The notes under the pieces: generated by a model | Seen by the model: only the letters and a program-made list of their open reading frames with translations | The model's database searches: none | What the model was told of the DNA's origin: nothing | In this document: positions 48,318 through 49,367 of the stretch, piece after piece | Position numbering within the stretch: position 1 is the first letter of the stretch | How the letters are laid out: every line of letters begins with the position of its first letter | Made by a program: the position numbers and the translations under genes | NCBI GenBank assembly: GCA_000934665.2 | Contig: JYFJ02000746.1 | Span: 62,001-111,367, forward strand | DNA: 49,367 bases | Direction of reading: 5' to 3' | Source of the DNA: Catajapyx aquilonaris | Lineage: Eukaryota

Positions 48318-49367
48318 CTTTCACTTCTGGAGGGTTCTGAACAGCTACCAGGTCTCCACAGTATTGAAGTGTGTTGGAGGAACCCAAGGAGAGCTCAGGA
48401 TGATGGTGACGTCGGCGTCGGTGGAATGCGCATACTTCTGCAGGCCATTGTTCTTGTCGATTTGCCGAGAAAAACATCCATTGCATTCCTAACTCACAAA
48501 AATACGTTTTTTTCTTGAAAACATGCGGTCAAAGGCGCGCATCTTGAGCATTACACTATCACAAAAGGCTTAAAAATTCTCGTACATGGAGAACTGATAG
48601 CGATGTTGTTGCATAGCTGGTGTAATCATTGACGTCGGATGCAAATATTTGACAAAAAAAATATTTCGGACGCCTATGGAGTTATGCCGCTGTCTACGTC
48701 ACAAGGACATAGCTGATCGAGAATGTTGGTTATTAGTCTTATTACGTACGTAAGAGGGCCACTACTAAACTACACTAAAACAAAGTGCATAGCAATGTGT
48801 AGAATTCTTGTTGGCCGTAAATTGATATTATCTCGTTGTAAGTGACGTTCAAACGACGGACGTCACATCCAGTATGCACTGGAATATCCTCACCTGCTCA
48901 AAAGTAACTCCACGTGTACCTTGACTTTTAATTTTTAATTTTTTGTTAATCATTAATTAATTACTGTAACATACAAGTAGTTCACTTTTCTTATACCCTG
49001 CAATATTGAGTCCAAATGAGAATAAGTTATAATTGTATTTAAGATGGTATCATTTTTAATTGAGTACATAATGTATATTATCTCTTCCTGACCTATTTTT
49101 GAGAGCTGCTATTGCTCACTGTGTCCAGCTTTTGACTGACTTGGTAGGCTAAATAATGACAGTTACTTAAAAGCAAAAAGAGGTCTCCAGAAATTCTTCC
49201 AAGCTTGCTGAGAAATCTTGTTTGGTACAAATCGATGCATTTTAAAGCAAGATATATTTGTCACCTCATCGCTTATCTAATACATATTTCCAGACCTATA
49301 TCTGTCTGTCTGTCTCTCTGTCTGTCACCTAAACAGATCGATACGGAGGCCTCCACATATGCCCCAT

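Noticed and set aside
1..49367. CRISPR arrays, rRNA or tRNA genes, prokaryotic operons
   Set aside because: The DNA is intron-containing eukaryotic sequence; no repeat-spacer array or intact structural RNA gene was recognised.

Overview
Eukaryotic (animal, invertebrate-like) genomic DNA with short, mostly 55-100 nt spliceosomal introns. The left end (1-1092, minus) holds the amino-terminal-domain exons of an ionotropic glutamate receptor-like gene. Almost all the rest is a dense tandem array of about 17 apparently intact SPOP/Roadkill-derived MATH(-BTB-BACK) genes plus several pseudogene remnants. The first two lack a signal peptide and look like ordinary intracellular adaptors. The other 15, all on the minus strand, start with a hydrophobic signal-peptide-like leader, and most carry a covarying cysteine pair and N-glycosylation sequons. 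They come in four architectures: SP-MATH, SP-MATH-MATH, SP-MATH-MATH-degenerate BTB-BACK and SP-MATH-BTB-BACK. This suggests that a normally nuclear/cytosolic Cullin3 adaptor family has been repurposed as a diversified secreted family (inference). Transposons in the array include a 3.3 kb Academ-like element with long TIRs, a GTG target-site duplication and a visible empty paralogous site. There are also Tc1/mariner and LINE fragments and several MITEs. Exon coordinates were derived by hand from splice signals and reading-frame continuity and have not been verified with transcripts.
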